Below are positions 8,158 through 16,787 of a stretch of DNA of 43,000 nt, one piece after another. How positions within the stretch are numbered: the stretch's first letter is position 1; the number at the start of each line of letters is the position of its first letter. Both the position numbers and the translations under genes were made by a program. The notes under the pieces are model-generated. The model was not told where the DNA came from, made no database searches, and saw only the letters and a list, made by a program, of their open reading frames with translations. This DNA is from Gaiellaceae bacterium (GTDB lineage: Bacteria; Actinomycetota; Thermoleophilia; Gaiellales; Gaiellaceae): NCBI GenBank assembly GCA_045806365.1, contig JBJMJL010000030.1, positions 1 through 43,000 on the forward strand, written 5' to 3'.

Positions 8158-9179
8158 GCGAGCAGGCGCTGGATCGTCTCGTCCCACGACACGCGCCGCG
8201 CGATCTCCTTGCCCGCACGCCCCCACGCCTTCGCGTCGTCGACGTGCGCGCGCAGCCACGAGCATGCTTCGGCCAGCGCGGCAGCACGCGGCTCGCAGAC
8301 GAGCCCGGTGCGACGATCGGCGACGACTTCGAGCGGCCCGCCGGCATCCGTCGTCGTGACGACCGGCTTCTCCGAGAGAAACGCTTCGTACGGGACCATC
8401 CCGAAGTCTTCGTCGACCGGTGCGTAATAGACGGCGAGGCAGCGGCCGTAGAGCGCGGCGAGCTCTTCCTCGTCCACGCGGCCCGCGAACTGTGCACGTC
8501 CGTCGAGGCCGTGCTGCGCGGCGACACGCTCGAGTCGTTCGCGGTCGGGGCCGTCGCCGACGATCACACAGCGCAACGTGGAGTCGGCCGCGAGCGCGTC
8601 GAGCAGCAGGTCGTGTCGCTTGGCGCGGTCGAGCCGTCCGACGGACAGGACGAAGTCGTCATAGCTCTCCGTCCGGTACGGCAGCTCCTGCGGCGGGTGC
8701 GGCATCACTTCCGCGCGGAGGCCGGTCGAGCGCTCGATGCGGTCGGCGACGTTGCGCGACGTCGCGAACAGCTTCCGCGCCTCGCCGAGCGCGACGCGGT
8801 CGAGACGATGGACGGCGCGCCGCGCCGCCCGCTCTTCCGCGCTTTCGCCGAACTGGCCGAGGTCGGTGCGATCGAGCTCGTACGCCTGGCGGAACTGATG
8901 CAGGAGCCAGACGACCTTGTTCGGGTGGCGAACCGCGTACGACGGGAACTTCGTCGCGATCACCAGCTCGATCGGCCGGCCGTCGGCCTCGGTCAGGTCG
9001 AGCAGCCGCCAGAGGAACGCCTGCGACAGGACGCGCTCGCCGGGATACCACTTGTACGGAACCGTGACGAGGTCGCTCTCGTGTCCACGCACGCGCAGCT
9101 CGGCGACGAGGTCGTCCGCGAAGATCTCGGCCCCGCCGCGCGCGAACGGCACCTGCGGGGCGCAGACAGCGATTCTCAC
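8154..9179 (-). CDS. GT4-family glycosyltransferase (first gene of a 7-gene translationally coupled operon)
   Basis: 'YYAPVDEDFGMVPYEAFLSEKPVV' E-x7-E block. The GTG start at 9179 is preceded by AAGGA 6 nt upstream. Confidence 0.9.
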   Translation of the reverse strand: MRIAVCAPQVPFARGGAEIFADDLVAELRVRGHESDLVTVPYKWYPGERVLSQAFLWRLLDLTEADGRPIELVIATKFPSYAVRHPNKVVWLLHQFRQAYELDRTDLGQFGESAEERAARRAVHRLDRVALGEARKLFATSRNVADRIERSTGLRAEVMPHPPQELPYRTESYDDFVLSVGRLDRAKRHDLLLDALAADSTLRCVIVGDGPDRERLERVAAQHGLDGRAQFAGRVDEEELAALYGRCLAVYYAPVDEDFGMVPYEAFLSEKPVVTTTDAGGPLEVVADRRTGLVCEPRAAALAEACSWLRAHVDDAKAWGRAGKEIARRVSWDETIQRLLA

Positions 9180-9197
9180 GAGTCGTCCTTAAGAGGT

Positions 9198-9209
9198 ACA
9201 CGCGCGTGT
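9198..9209. promoter_or_regulatory. Perfect 12-bp palindrome ACACGCGCGTGT between the candidate -10 and the RBS
   Basis: Read directly from the sequence; it is self-complementary with no spacer. It lies about 20 nt upstream of GTG 9179. Confidence 0.3.
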
Positions 9210-9239
9210 TGCCGGGGCCCACCGCTCCCGCCCACCAAC

Positions 9240-9245
9240 ACTCTA
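9240..9245 (-). promoter_or_regulatory. Candidate -10 box TAGAGT for the 9179..507 operon (leadered, ~55-nt 5' UTR)
   Basis: This is the only TANNNT hexamer in the 114-bp, less GC-rich gap at 9180..9293. The same hexamer recurs at 24556 and 41454. Confidence 0.35.
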
Positions 9246-9293
9246 TGAACGAAGTTGTGTCGTGTCTGTGACGCGATTGCAAACGTTTCGTGA

Positions 9294-10424
9294 CTACGCA
9301 TCGGCCGCCGTGCGCGCGACGAGCGCGTAGTCGAGCGGCGCAAACAGCAGCTCGTTCAAACGGCGCACGTTCGCGGCGATCACCGGATCGTCGGGCTCGG
9401 TCAACCGGTCGGCCGGCTCGTTCAGGAAGCGAACGTCCGTCGTCGCGAACCCGGCCTGCCGCGCGAGCAGCGCCAATGTCTCCGGTACGAGCGGCTGCGA
9501 ATGTGTCAGGTCGGCGTAGTAGTTGCGCAACGCGATCGGCGACAGAGGATTGATGGTCTCCGCCACGAGGAGACCGCCGGGCTGCAGCTTCTGCGCCGCA
9601 AGCTCGAGTGCGTGCACCAGCACATTCGGCGGGAGGTGCTCGACGACCTGCCCCATGAAGATGCCGCCGAGGGAGACGTCCGGAAGACGGGCGAGATAGT
9701 CGACCGCGTCCGCCTGCTCGACGTCGAGCCCTTCGCCCCGTGCGTAGGCGACCATGTCGGCGTCCGCGTCGATGCCGCGGGCTTCGATTCCCGCGTCGCG
9801 CAGGAGGCGGACGAGCTCGCCGCGCCCGCACCCGACGTCGAGCACCGGCGCGGCGTCGCGGAAGTCGACGACGTACGGACGCTGCCGCTCACGGATCGCC
9901 TCGACGCTCCCGCGCATCCGGCTCTCATAGGCGAAGTAATCGGGGACCGCCGCCGCGGACGACTGCGCGGCAACGGTCGCAGGCGCAACAGCAGGCCCGC
10001 CGGTCGCCCTCCCGCGCCGCTCGACGCGCGTGAGCCGCTCCTCGAGCTCGCGCACGAGCCGCTCCGCTTCGGCGCGCGCCGCACTCGTGTCGTCGAGGCG
10101 CTCGGACAGGTCGTCGACGAGCTTCAGCAGCGAGCTGTTGTACAGGCGCTGATCCGCCGCGAGCGGCTCGACGTACCAGCGCATCAGCTTGCGTAGGATG
10201 CGCTTGAGCAAGCCCTTCGGGCCGCCGCCGGCGTCGCGTTCGGCGGTGACCGGCCAGAAGCGCTCGGCGAGCGCGCGATCAGCGGCGAAGTCGCTTCGGG
10301 AACCGCCGTGTCCGGCGCCGCGACGAAGCTCTTCGCGAAGACGCTCGAAGAGATCGGCGACGTCGATGTCGTCCGGCGCGGAAGTCCCTGCAGGCGCCGG
10401 GTTTTGCGCTTCCGGCCCGGACAT
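9294..10424 (-). CDS. SAM-dependent methyltransferase with N-terminal coiled-coil region
   Basis: The C-terminal half carries 'VLDVGCGRGE' and 'GGLLVAETINP'. The N-terminal half 'LLKLVDDLSERLDDTSAARAEAERLVRELEERLTRVERR' is heptad-like. ATG at 10424; the 691-aa ORF-track version runs through the flippase gene and is rejected. Confidence 0.8.
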   Translation of the reverse strand: MSGPEAQNPAPAGTSAPDDIDVADLFERLREELRRGAGHGGSRSDFAADRALAERFWPVTAERDAGGGPKGLLKRILRKLMRWYVEPLAADQRLYNSSLLKLVDDLSERLDDTSAARAEAERLVRELEERLTRVERRGRATGGPAVAPATVAAQSSAAAVPDYFAYESRMRGSVEAIRERQRPYVVDFRDAAPVLDVGCGRGELVRLLRDAGIEARGIDADADMVAYARGEGLDVEQADAVDYLARLPDVSLGGIFMGQVVEHLPPNVLVHALELAAQKLQPGGLLVAETINPLSPIALRNYYADLTHSQPLVPETLALLARQAGFATTDVRFLNEPADRLTEPDDPVIAANVRRLNELLFAPLDYALVARTAADA

Positions 10425-10450
10425 TCCGATGATTCTACGGGGCGCGTCTG

Positions 10451-11953
10451 TCAGTGCAGGGCGCGGACGTACTGCCACGCCTGAGCGAGGCCGAGCTCGC
10501 GCATCGCGAGCAGGAGCAGGGCGTACAGCGCCAGGCCGGCGGCGGCCGCGGGGATCGCGGAAAGGACGAGCGAGGCGCCGCCGAACGCGAGCGCGGTCGC
10601 CGCGCCGACCAGCACGGACAGCCGCGCGAGACCGAGGACGGACAACTTCAGCATGCGGAGCGACAGAGACGCCATCAGCCCGATCACGAGCAGCGACGCC
10701 GCGACCCCGAGCGCGACGGTGACGCCGGTCAGCCCCCAGAGCTCCCGAGCGACGATCGAGATCGGGATGTCGAGCGCTACGCCCGCCGTCGCGACGGGGA
10801 TCAGCCAGCGTGTCCGGTGCATGACGAACATCAGGGGATATGTGATCGAGAACGCGGCGCTCGCGATCATCCACGGCGACAGGTAGACGACGAGGCGCCC
10901 GAGCTCCTCGCCGACGTCGCCCGCGTACGCATCGCCCAACAGGGCGGTGACGACGCGGCCGCCGACGAGCGCGACCAGTCCCGCCGCCGCGCCGACGAGC
11001 GCGAGCGAGATCCACGCCGAGTGCACGACGTGCTCGGCGGCGCTGTCGGCGTCGACGCCACGGCGCGTCAGTGGAGCCGCCGCGATCAACGAAAGCGAGA
11101 ACGCCGTCGCGCTCGTGAACATGCCGGCAAGGAGGTAGGCGTACGACAGCGACGTCACGCTGCCCTCCCCCGTGGCGGCGGCGAAGCGCAGCGCGAGGGC
11201 GTACAGGCCCTGCATCGCCAGGGGGACGGCTGCGCCGTACAGCAACTGCCACAGCCGGAAGCGCAGACGCAACGGCACGTTTCGGTGCCGCCGCACTCGG
11301 CTGCCGCGCAGGAGCAGCGCCGCGGCCGGCAGCGCGACGGCGACGACCCCATTCAGCGTCAATCCCCATGCCAACGAGACGAGGCCGTGCGCGTCGGCAG
11401 CGACCACGAAGAAGACGAGGCCGGCGATGCCGCCAACCGCAAAGCCCGCGGCCGCCGGCAGATAGCTGTCACGCGCCGCGAGCGCGCTCGCCGCGAGCGC
11501 CGCGAGGAGCTGCAGGAAGGCCGCCGGCACGAGCCATGGCAGCGAAGACGCGGCCACCTCGGCAGAAGTCTCCGGCAGGCGGCCGGTCACGAGCTCGCCG
11601 AAGAGGTCGGCGAACACCACCGTGAGGATGGTCGCGGGGACGGCGACGGCGAGGAACGCGAGCACGTACGCGCGGAACTCCGCTCCGAGCCGCCCTTCGA
11701 CCTCCGCGCGGGTCAGGTCGGGGACGACGACCATCCGGAAGGCCTGGGCGCCGAGGACGAGGACGAGGTAGACGCCGTAGGCGGCCAGGAAGCCGTCCGT
11801 CTCGAGGTTGCGTCCGAACTTGTGAGCCAGGAACGCGCCGGCGAGCGCGCCCGCGAAGCTGAGCATCACATATGAAAGTCCTGTAAGGGCGCCGCTACGA
11901 ACCGCGCTCCGGCCGCGTGCCGGGCTACGCTTCGTCGGCTCGTCGGCGGACAC
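10451..11953 (-). CDS. MurJ/MviN-like MOP-superfamily flippase
   Basis: Polytopic protein with about 12-14 hydrophobic segments. The N-terminal pattern 'SGALTGLSYVMLSFAGALAGAFLAHKFGRNLETDGFLAAYGV' resembles the MurJ '..FG....TDAF..A' motif. Confidence 0.75.
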   Translation of the reverse strand: MSADEPTKRSPARGRSAVRSGALTGLSYVMLSFAGALAGAFLAHKFGRNLETDGFLAAYGVYLVLVLGAQAFRMVVVPDLTRAEVEGRLGAEFRAYVLAFLAVAVPATILTVVFADLFGELVTGRLPETSAEVAASSLPWLVPAAFLQLLAALAASALAARDSYLPAAAGFAVGGIAGLVFFVVAADAHGLVSLAWGLTLNGVVAVALPAAALLLRGSRVRRHRNVPLRLRFRLWQLLYGAAVPLAMQGLYALALRFAAATGEGSVTSLSYAYLLAGMFTSATAFSLSLIAAAPLTRRGVDADSAAEHVVHSAWISLALVGAAAGLVALVGGRVVTALLGDAYAGDVGEELGRLVVYLSPWMIASAAFSITYPLMFVMHRTRWLIPVATAGVALDIPISIVARELWGLTGVTVALGVAASLLVIGLMASLSLRMLKLSVLGLARLSVLVGAATALAFGGASLVLSAIPAAAAGLALYALLLLAMRELGLAQAWQYVRALH

Positions 11954-11959
11954 CGCTGC

Positions 11960-13102
11960 ATGAAATCAGACCGACAAGACTCCACCTGGACAGACGAGAG
12001 CGTCGCCGACCTGCGACGTGACTTCGCCGACTACTTCTCCGGCCGCACCTGTCTCGTCACCGGCGCCGACGGCTTCATGGGCTCACATCTCACCGATGCG
12101 CTCGTCCAGCTCGATGCCGACGTGCACGCGTTCGTGCGTGCGACGTCGAGCGGCGCGCTCAACAACATCGGCGGCCTCCGCGAGCGCATCCGCGTGCACT
12201 TCGCCGACCTGACCGACAAGACCTCGGTCGACTATCTCGTCAAGGAGCTCGTGGACGCGCCGGACAAGCCGTACGTCTTCCACCTCGGCGCACAGGCGCA
12301 CGTCGGCGAGTCTTGGCACCGGCCGTACGAGACCTTCATGGCGAACACGCTCGGCACGCTGAACCTGCTGCAGTCGGTCGTCGACCACGGGCTCGAGCTG
12401 GAGAAGTTCGACACGGCCGGCACGTCGGAGGAGTACGGCAACGTGCGCGAAGCGGTCGCGCACCACCACGACTTCGACGACGAGGGCGGGCTGATCCTGC
12501 ACGAGCGCTCGCCGATCAACCCGAAGTCCGTGTACGCGACGTCGAAGGTTGCAGCGGATTTCCTGACGATGAACTACCACGACGCGTTCGGCGTGCCGGG
12601 CGTCGTCACGCGGATGTTCAACAACTACGGGCCGCGCCAGAACCCCCGCTACGTCACGGGGACGATCATCACGCAGGCGCTGACGCGGGAGACGATCGAG
12701 CTCGGGCAGCTCGACCCGATGCGTGACTTCTGCTTCTGCACGGACGGCGTGCGCGGGCATCTCACTGTCGCCGCGCGCGGAATCCCCGGCGATCTCTACG
12801 TTTACGGCCAGGGAACGAACATCTCGATGCGTGACTGGGTCGACCTGGTCCTGCGCGTGGGTCGCGAGCAGGGCTACTGGAACGAGCGGGAGGTCGTGTC
12901 GACGGCCGAGCGCTTCCGGCCGGGAGCGAGCGAGGTCATGGCACTGCGCGTCGGCTACGAGAAGCTCAACCGCGAGACGGGCTGGGAGCCCCGCACCTCG
13001 TGGGAGGACGGCGTCGCGCAGACGATCGCGTGGTATGCGGCGAACCGGGACCGCTGGATCGGACGGGTCGACTGGCTGACGGCGGCGAAGGCGCCCGCAT
13101 GA
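11960..13102 (+). CDS. Extended-SDR NDP-sugar 4,6-dehydratase, GMD/RMD-like (probable first step to GDP-6-deoxyhexose)
   Basis: Rossmann motif '[12 protein letters not shown]'; 'GTSEEYG' and 'YATSKV' catalytic T/E/Y-K pattern; '[10 protein letters not shown]'. Its stop overlaps the fcl start (ATGA at 13099-13102). Confidence 0.7.
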   Translation: MKSDRQDSTWTDESVADLRRDFADYFSGRTCLVTGADGFMGSHLTDALVQLDADVHAFVRATSSGALNNIGGLRERIRVHFADLTDKTSVDYLVKELVDAPDKPYVFHLGAQAHVGESWHRPYETFMANTLGTLNLLQSVVDHGLELEKFDTAGTSEEYGNVREAVAHHHDFDDEGGLILHERSPINPKSVYATSKVAADFLTMNYHDAFGVPGVVTRMFNNYGPRQNPRYVTGTIITQALTRETIELGQLDPMRDFCFCTDGVRGHLTVAARGIPGDLYVYGQGTNISMRDWVDLVLRVGREQGYWNEREVVSTAERFRPGASEVMALRVGYEKLNRETGWEPRTSWEDGVAQTIAWYAANRDRWIGRVDWLTAAKAPA

Positions 13103-14019
13103 AGACCGTCGTCACCGGAGGCGGCGGCTTTCTCGGCTCGCATCTCGTCGAGCGGCTACAGCAGGACGGGCACGACGTCTTCGTTGTCCGCCAGGCCGAC
13201 TACGACCTGACGCAGGCGGACGACACGGCGCGGCTCTTCGCTGACGCGCGCCCCGAGCTCGTCTTCCACCTCGCCGCCGAGGTCGGCGGCATCGGAGCCA
13301 ATCGCGCCAACCCGGGCCGCTACTGGTACGCGAACCTGCTGATGGGCGCGCACGTTCTCGAACAGGCGCGGCTCGCCGGCGTCCGCAAGCTCGTGCTCAC
13401 CGGCACGGTCTGCGCGTACCCGAAGTTCGTGCCGATTCCGTTCCGCGAGAAGGATCTCTGGAACGGCTACCCGGAGGAGACCAACGCGCCGTACGGCGTC
13501 GCGAAGAAGTCCGTCCTCGTCGGCGCGCAGGCGTACCGCGAGCAGTACGGCACGAACGCGATCTTCCTTCTTCCCGCGAATCTCTACGGGCCGCGAGACA
13601 ACTTCCACGAGACGAACGCGCACGTCATCGCCGACCTGATCCGCAAGATGTCGGACGGGCGCGACGAGGTGGTGCTGTGGGGCGACGGCTCGCCGACACG
13701 CGAGTTTCTCTACGTCGAGGACTGCGTCGACGGGCTCGTGCGAGCGGCGGAACGCTATGACGGCCCTGAGCCGGTCAACCTCGGCGCCGGCAAGGAGATC
13801 TCGATCCGCGAGCTCGCCGAGCTGGTTGCCGACGTCGTCGGCTTCCGCGGCAAGGTCGTGTGGGATGCGTCGATGCCGAACGGGCAACCGCGGCGGAGCG
13901 TCGACGCGTCCCGCGCGCGCGAGCTGTTCGGATTCGAGGCGCGGACGCCGCTCCGCGAAGGTCTCGAGCGCACCGCCGCGTGGTATCGCGAGCACGCCGG
14001 CGCCGCCGCTCCCGCGTGA
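13099..14019 (+). CDS. fcl: GDP-L-fucose synthase (GDP-4-keto-6-deoxymannose 3,5-epimerase/4-reductase)
   Basis: '[13 protein letters not shown]', '[23 protein letters not shown]', 'GTVCAYPK', '[12 protein letters not shown]', '[11 protein letters not shown]' and '[11 protein letters not shown]' are all classic Fcl/WcaG blocks. Confidence 0.9.
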   Translation: MKTVVTGGGGFLGSHLVERLQQDGHDVFVVRQADYDLTQADDTARLFADARPELVFHLAAEVGGIGANRANPGRYWYANLLMGAHVLEQARLAGVRKLVLTGTVCAYPKFVPIPFREKDLWNGYPEETNAPYGVAKKSVLVGAQAYREQYGTNAIFLLPANLYGPRDNFHETNAHVIADLIRKMSDGRDEVVLWGDGSPTREFLYVEDCVDGLVRAAERYDGPEPVNLGAGKEISIRELAELVADVVGFRGKVVWDASMPNGQPRRSVDASRARELFGFEARTPLREGLERTAAWYREHAGAAAPA

Positions 14020-15689
14020 CCTCCCAAACGGCGGCAGCGCCGACCCGTTTCGACGGTGCCGCGGAACGCGCGCGCAGGTGGTGGCGCGTCGTCGCCGACG
14101 TGCGTCCGTTGTACGTCCTCGGGACGCTCATTCTCGTGCAGTGGATCGCCGTGCTGGCGCTGGCGCTCACCGTCCAGCACAACCGGTGGCTCTACTACGC
14201 CGGAGGCGACCAGCTGTGGCACTACAGCGGCGCCGACGTGATCGCACACGGCCACCTGCCCCGCGCCCTCGTCGGATACGGGTGGTCCATGCTGCTCGCG
14301 CCGGTCGCCGCATTCGTCGGCCCGAACCTGGTCTCTGCGCTGCCGGCGATCGTCCAGCTCAACACGCTCGTGCTGCTCCCCGTCGCGCTGCTCTGCATCT
14401 ACGGCATCGGCGCGCGGATTGCCGGCCGCGTCTTCGGCTACTTCGCTGCGGCCGTCTGGATCGCACTTCCCTACGTCGGGATACTCACCGTGCAGCCCGG
14501 CTACCACCAGAAGTACACCGAGCTGACGCTCTCACAGGCACTCGGCCTCGCGTCGGTGCCCGACTTTCCCTCGACCGTCGGGCTGATCGTCGCGGCGTAC
14601 TTCGCGCTGCGCGCGGTCGACGAGGCCGGCTGGCAGTCGCCGGTCCTCGCGGGGCTCGCCGCCGGGTATGCCATCGCGATCAAACCATCGAACTCCCTCT
14701 TCCTCTTCGCGCCCGCCGTGCTGCTGCTCGTCGCGCGGTGGCGTCAGCTGCTGCCGTTCGCGGCCGGCCTCGCGCCGGCGCTGCTGACGCTCGCGCTCTG
14801 GAAGTACCGCGGGCTCGGCGAGCTCGCCGCCGCGCCGGCCGAGCCGGTCCGCCTGGCCGGCGGCGTCGGGGGACTGCTCGACCGCGTGCATTCACCCGAG
14901 CTGAACAGCTGGGAGCACCTCCACCAGGTCGTCCTGGGCCTGCGCGAGCACTTCTGGGCGTCGCGAGTGATCGAGTTCCTGCCGCTGGCTGGATGCGTCG
15001 CGCTGCTGCTCCGGTCGCTGCGCGGGTTCCTCCTCGTCGGCACGTGGTTCATCGCGTACCTGCTCGTCAAGGGGACCTACGTCCTGGGCGGCATCGACGA
15101 CGCCAGCTTCTTCCGCCTCTTCATGCCTGGCTATCCGGCATATGCGCTGCTCGCAGCCGCGACGGTGCTGCTCGTGCCCGGCGTTCGAGTGCGCCCCGCC
15201 GCGGCGGCGCCATGGCTCTCTCCGCGAGCTCTCACGATCTGCGTGGCAGCGGCGGCGCTGGTCTTCGCAGTCGTGCCGCTCGCGGTCGTCGCGGCCGTTC
15301 CCCCGCTCCACGACGGCGGCCGCCACGCCGTGCAGCTCGACATCAGCCTGATCCCGGTCTCGAAGGACATCCAAGCTCGCGCGGTGCCGCAGACCGACGG
15401 CGTGCATCTGTCGTGGCACGGATCGTCGCCGAGCGGCGGCGCGGTCTTCTACCGCATCTATCGGAGGGACCGGAACGACGTCGCCTGCGGCGGCCGGCTC
15501 AACAACGCCGCAGACGATTGCCGTCTTTACTCGGACGCGATCGGGGTGACGCGCTCGACGACGTTCGTCGACCATCCCCCTCCCGGGAACTGGACGTACC
15601 GAATCGGGGTCTCCGCGAACTGGCTGAACGACCCGAGCCTCGGCGACGTCTACGTCGTCAGTCGGCCCGCCGCAGTCCGCACCGGGTAG
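14016..15689 (+). CDS. GT-C-like polytopic membrane glycosyltransferase with C-terminal Fn3-like domain
   Basis: The GTG start lies in the GTGA overlap with the fcl stop (14016-14019). It has at least 10 hydrophobic segments and the first-loop motif '[20 protein letters not shown]'. The C-terminal ~100 aa, '[23 protein letters not shown]...[11 protein letters not shown]', looks like a beta-sandwich. Confidence 0.7.
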   Translation: MTSQTAAAPTRFDGAAERARRWWRVVADVRPLYVLGTLILVQWIAVLALALTVQHNRWLYYAGGDQLWHYSGADVIAHGHLPRALVGYGWSMLLAPVAAFVGPNLVSALPAIVQLNTLVLLPVALLCIYGIGARIAGRVFGYFAAAVWIALPYVGILTVQPGYHQKYTELTLSQALGLASVPDFPSTVGLIVAAYFALRAVDEAGWQSPVLAGLAAGYAIAIKPSNSLFLFAPAVLLLVARWRQLLPFAAGLAPALLTLALWKYRGLGELAAAPAEPVRLAGGVGGLLDRVHSPELNSWEHLHQVVLGLREHFWASRVIEFLPLAGCVALLLRSLRGFLLVGTWFIAYLLVKGTYVLGGIDDASFFRLFMPGYPAYALLAAATVLLVPGVRVRPAAAAPWLSPRALTICVAAAALVFAVVPLAVVAAVPPLHDGGRHAVQLDISLIPVSKDIQARAVPQTDGVHLSWHGSSPSGGAVFYRIYRRDRNDVACGGRLNNAADDCRLYSDAIGVTRSTTFVDHPPPGNWTYRIGVSANWLNDPSLGDVYVVSRPAAVRTG

Positions 15690-15699
15690 CCCGACACGC

Positions 15700-16050
15700 T
15701 CAACTTCCCTCGCGAAGCTGCTGCTCCAGCAGGGCGAGGCGCTGGGCCAGGATCGTGTTCTGGTCCGAGAGGCGCGAGATCACCGTCGAGTAGTGCAGCA
15801 GCACGATGAGGATGAAGAGCGCGCCGATCGCGCCGAGGATCGCCGGCGGATACGTCTCGACCCCGAACCAGCCGGCGATCGTGTTGAGCCCGTCGCGCCA
15901 CAGCGACAGCGCCAGCAAGACGACGCCGGTCAGCAGCCACAGCAGCGCGTAGCGCTCGCGTAGGCGCCGCGACCGGATCAGCTCGAACACGACGACGAGC
16001 AGCAGGAACGAGGCGATCGCGGCGGCGACCGAGACGGGAAGCGGTGTCAT
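15700..16050 (-). CDS. DUF2304-type small membrane protein (Rv3632-like partner of polyprenyl-phosphate GT2)
   Basis: 116 aa with three hydrophobic segments and a C-terminal amphipathic tail 'ISRLSDQNTILAQRLALLEQQL'. Its ATG lies in the ATGA overlap with the GT2 stop (16047-16050). Confidence 0.75.
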   Translation of the reverse strand: MTPLPVSVAAAIASFLLLVVVFELIRSRRLRERYALLWLLTGVVLLALSLWRDGLNTIAGWFGVETYPPAILGAIGALFILIVLLHYSTVISRLSDQNTILAQRLALLEQQLREGS

Positions 16051-16787
16051 CGATGTTCCTCCTCGAGTGGGACGGCGTAGCGGCGAAACAGGCCGACGAA
16101 GATCGCCAGCAGGACCTTCGCCATGTAATAGATGGAGCGGAGGGCCGTGATGGACGAAGCGCCGCCGCCGCGCTCGCGCATCGCGACCGGCACCTCGACG
16201 AGGCGCAGCTTGTGCTTCACGCACATGACGGTCGCCTCGACTTCCGGATAGTCGTGCGGGTAGTCGGCGGCGAAAAGCGCAATGCCTCTCCGGTTGACGG
16301 CGCGGAAACCCGAGGTCGTGTCGGTGAGCTTCTGCCGGACGACGGCGGACACGACGCCCGCGAAGATGCGAATCCCGACTCGACGTGCGAACGACGAGCG
16401 GTAGGGGCTCTCGCCGGCGAAGCGGGAGCCGACGCAGAGATCCGCCGCGCCGTCGAGAACCGGGCCGAGGATTGCCGGGAGCTGTTGCGGGTCGTGTTGA
16501 CCGTCGCCGTCGATCTGCACGGCGATGTCGTAGCTGTGCTCGAACGCAAAGCGGTAGCCGGTCTGCATCGCGCCGCCGATGCCGAGGTTGAACGGCAGCC
16601 GCAGGACGTGGGCGCCACGGTCGGCCGCCATCCCGGCGGTGCGGTCGGTCGAGCCGTCGTCGACGACGACGACGTCGAAGCCCGGATCGAAGGCGCGAAT
16701 CTCGTCGATCACGCGGCCGACCGTCTCCTCCTCGTTCAGCGCCGGAACGATCGCTATGCGCCTGAGCTCGGCGAGCTGGTCAGCCAC
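16047..16787 (-). CDS. GT2 polyprenyl-phosphate glycosyltransferase (Dpm1/GtrB/PpgS-like)
   Basis: 'IAIVPALNEEETVGRVI', 'VVVVDDGSTDRT', 'AVQIDGDGQHDP' and 'DTTSGFRAV' are classic blocks of the Dpm1-like family. GTG at 16787 overlaps the upstream stop by 8 nt. Confidence 0.85.
   Translation of the reverse strand: MADQLAELRRIAIVPALNEEETVGRVIDEIRAFDPGFDVVVVDDGSTDRTAGMAADRGAHVLRLPFNLGIGGAMQTGYRFAFEHSYDIAVQIDGDGQHDPQQLPAILGPVLDGAADLCVGSRFAGESPYRSSFARRVGIRIFAGVVSAVVRQKLTDTTSGFRAVNRRGIALFAADYPHDYPEVEATVMCVKHKLRLVEVPVAMRERGGGASSITALRSIYYMAKVLLAIFVGLFRRYAVPLEEEHR

Noticed and set aside
4840-8265. 36-aa N-terminal extension of the fusion protein (ORF-track start at 8265)
   Set aside because: The extension overlaps the upstream GT4 gene and is Arg-rich. 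GTG 8157 fits the repeated GTGA coupling and yields the conserved 'RVAYYSPLPP' N-terminus.
6721-8427. 568-aa plus-strand ORF antisense to the fusion gene; similar antisense ORFs at 5281..6612, 10454..11875, 34856..35911 and 40751..42310
   Set aside because: All are antisense to genes with clear membrane or enzyme signatures. They are dominated by R/E/D/G/A residues, as expected from reverse-complemented G/C-third-position codons.
9277-9282. TTGCAA as a -35 element for the 9179 operon
   Set aside because: It lies 31 bp from the TAGAGT box, and no -10-like hexamer sits 16-19 bp downstream of it.
9294-11369. 691-aa ORF-track version of the methyltransferase that extends through the flippase gene
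   Set aside because: The extension is low-complexity (R/A/G/P) and overlaps the well-supported MurJ-like frame. ATG 10424 gives a sensible N-terminus 26 nt after the flippase stop.
15690-15699. Intrinsic terminators at convergent junctions (15690..15699 and 20449..20461)
   Set aside because: The gaps are only 10 and 13 bp. I saw no stable GC stem followed by a T-tract, only a weak 5-bp CCGCG/CGCGG pairing near 20440-20460.
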